Shown: in pieces, positions 63,359 through 64,000 of the stretch
Layout: the number at the start of each line of letters is the position of its first letter
Numbering within the stretch: the first letter of the stretch is position 1
Virus record (IMG/VR): IMGVR_UViG_2832576359_000003
Span: 26,348-90,347 of that record
Strand: one strand, 5' to 3'
From: a virus
Taxonomy: Duplodnaviria > Heunggongvirae > Uroviricota > Caudoviricetes
DNA length: 64,000 nt
The notes under the pieces: generated by a model
What the model was told of the DNA's origin: nothing
Database searches by the model: none
What the model saw: the letters and a program-made list of their open reading frames with translations, nothing else
Program-made: the position numbers and the translations under genes

Positions 63359-63585
63359 TTCGCCGGATCAATGAGGCGCCCAGCTTGCAAATCAAACATC
63401 GGATCGAAAGGTCGCATGCACGACAGGCAAACGACCGGGTCGGACAGCTCTACTCGCGTGCCGTCGAGTCGCTCGAAGTCAGGGGCAAATATCCGCTCGC
63501 CCGACAGGGGAACGGCTACCCTGAAAAATGCGGGCTTCCCGCACACAGGATCGATGAAGGCGAACGGATGCGTTTCGACGCTCAT
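63334..63585 (-). CDS. Small hypothetical protein
   Basis: 83-aa ORF. Confidence 0.25.
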   Translation of the reverse strand: MSVETHPFAFIDPVCGKPAFFRVAVPLSGERIFAPDFERLDGTRVELSDPVVCLSCMRPFDPMFDLQAGRLIDPANWVRREAL

Positions 63586-63986
63586 GCCGGATCCTGGAAG
63601 AGCTTCACGGGCTTCGCATATTCGTCGAAGTGATGCTTAACGATCCGAAGCTTTCCGTCCGCCGACGCGCGCGAGCGAAGCGCGAAGCCGATGCATGCGA
63701 TGGTGTTCTGCGCTCGCTCGAGTGTTTTCCTCAGGCGTTCCTGCGCGTCGGTCGGTGCAAACAGGCGGGGCGTACCCACCTCGATAAACACCTTCCCAGC
63801 GTCCCAATCGAATCCCTCGTGGATCGAAACGACGTTTTTGGCCGGCGTGCCGCCGACCGATGCAAATCCTGGGTCAAACGGGACGACCAGCCGTGTTTCG
63901 CGGCGCGCGCGCGCGCGCGCGGCGATCGCAGCCAGGCGCTCGGACGCCTCCGCGACGCTCATTGGTGCTTGTTCGGGGCGTGACAT
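63582..63986 (-). CDS. Hypothetical protein, first visible gene of the leftward NAD operon
   Basis: 134-aa ORF with coding GC3 bias. Confidence 0.35.
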   Translation of the reverse strand: MSRPEQAPMSVAEASERLAAIAARARARRETRLVVPFDPGFASVGGTPAKNVVSIHEGFDWDAGKVFIEVGTPRLFAPTDAQERLRKTLERAQNTIACIGFALRSRASADGKLRIVKHHFDEYAKPVKLFQDPA

Positions 63987-64000
63987 TAGAAAAGGGCTCC

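Noticed and set aside
1-64000. Search for a tyrosine integrase, excisionase or attP, and for protelomerase/telomere features.
   Set aside because: No ORF shows integrase R-H-R-Y or TelN-like features, and no large terminal palindrome was seen. Absence within the window only, because the element may continue beyond it.

Overview
High-GC (about 65%) proteobacterial DNA, Burkholderia-like by composition. It reads as one contiguous temperate-phage genome with plasmid-type maintenance functions, a candidate phage-plasmid. No tyrosine integrase is present in the window. Modules in order, with approximate coordinates:
- 29-5680: Mu/P2-like baseplate and tail fibre (W/gp25-like, baseplate J, gp48-like, tail fibre with collar repeats, fibre chaperone, permuted papain-like hydrolase).
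- 5797-7879: lysis cassette (membrane proteins, GH24 endolysin, overlapping i/o-spanins).
- 8537-9208: HigB/HigA toxin-antitoxin.
- 10050-12900: TrfA-type replication initiator next to an iteron/AT-rich oriV, plus a ParA / ribbon-helix-helix partition pair.
- 12885-18532: recombination module (NinG-like, SSB, SbcC-like ATPase, RecT, Cas4-like PD-(D/E)xK exonuclease).
- 18656-21807: CI/Cro switch, then a lambda O/P-like replication pair with in-gene ori iterons.
- 21811-24880: nin-like small genes, an HU-like protein, an Ig-like protein.
- 25029-26300: a cluster of tRNA / tRNA-like genes.
- 26584-40445: a roughly 14 kb leftward block of mostly unknown genes, including DUF4031, Gp37/Gp68, a Lar-like protein, an SPFH protein and a cytosine-5 MTase with 8 tandem repeats.
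- 40678-59768: terminase small-subunit-like gene, serine recombinase, two more DNA MTases (one fused to a ParB-like nuclease), Ser/Thr phosphatase, MmcB-like nuclease, a Gp49/DUF2829 (Tad2-like) protein, a large GNAT-tailed protein, and a GpA-family large terminase with an extra N-terminal P-loop domain.
- 59772-63986: leftward NAD+ salvage/reconstitution module (NadV-family NAMPT plus Prs-like kinase).

Functional calls are from motif recognition by eye and carry moderate confidence. Coordinates of starts are approximate where stated.
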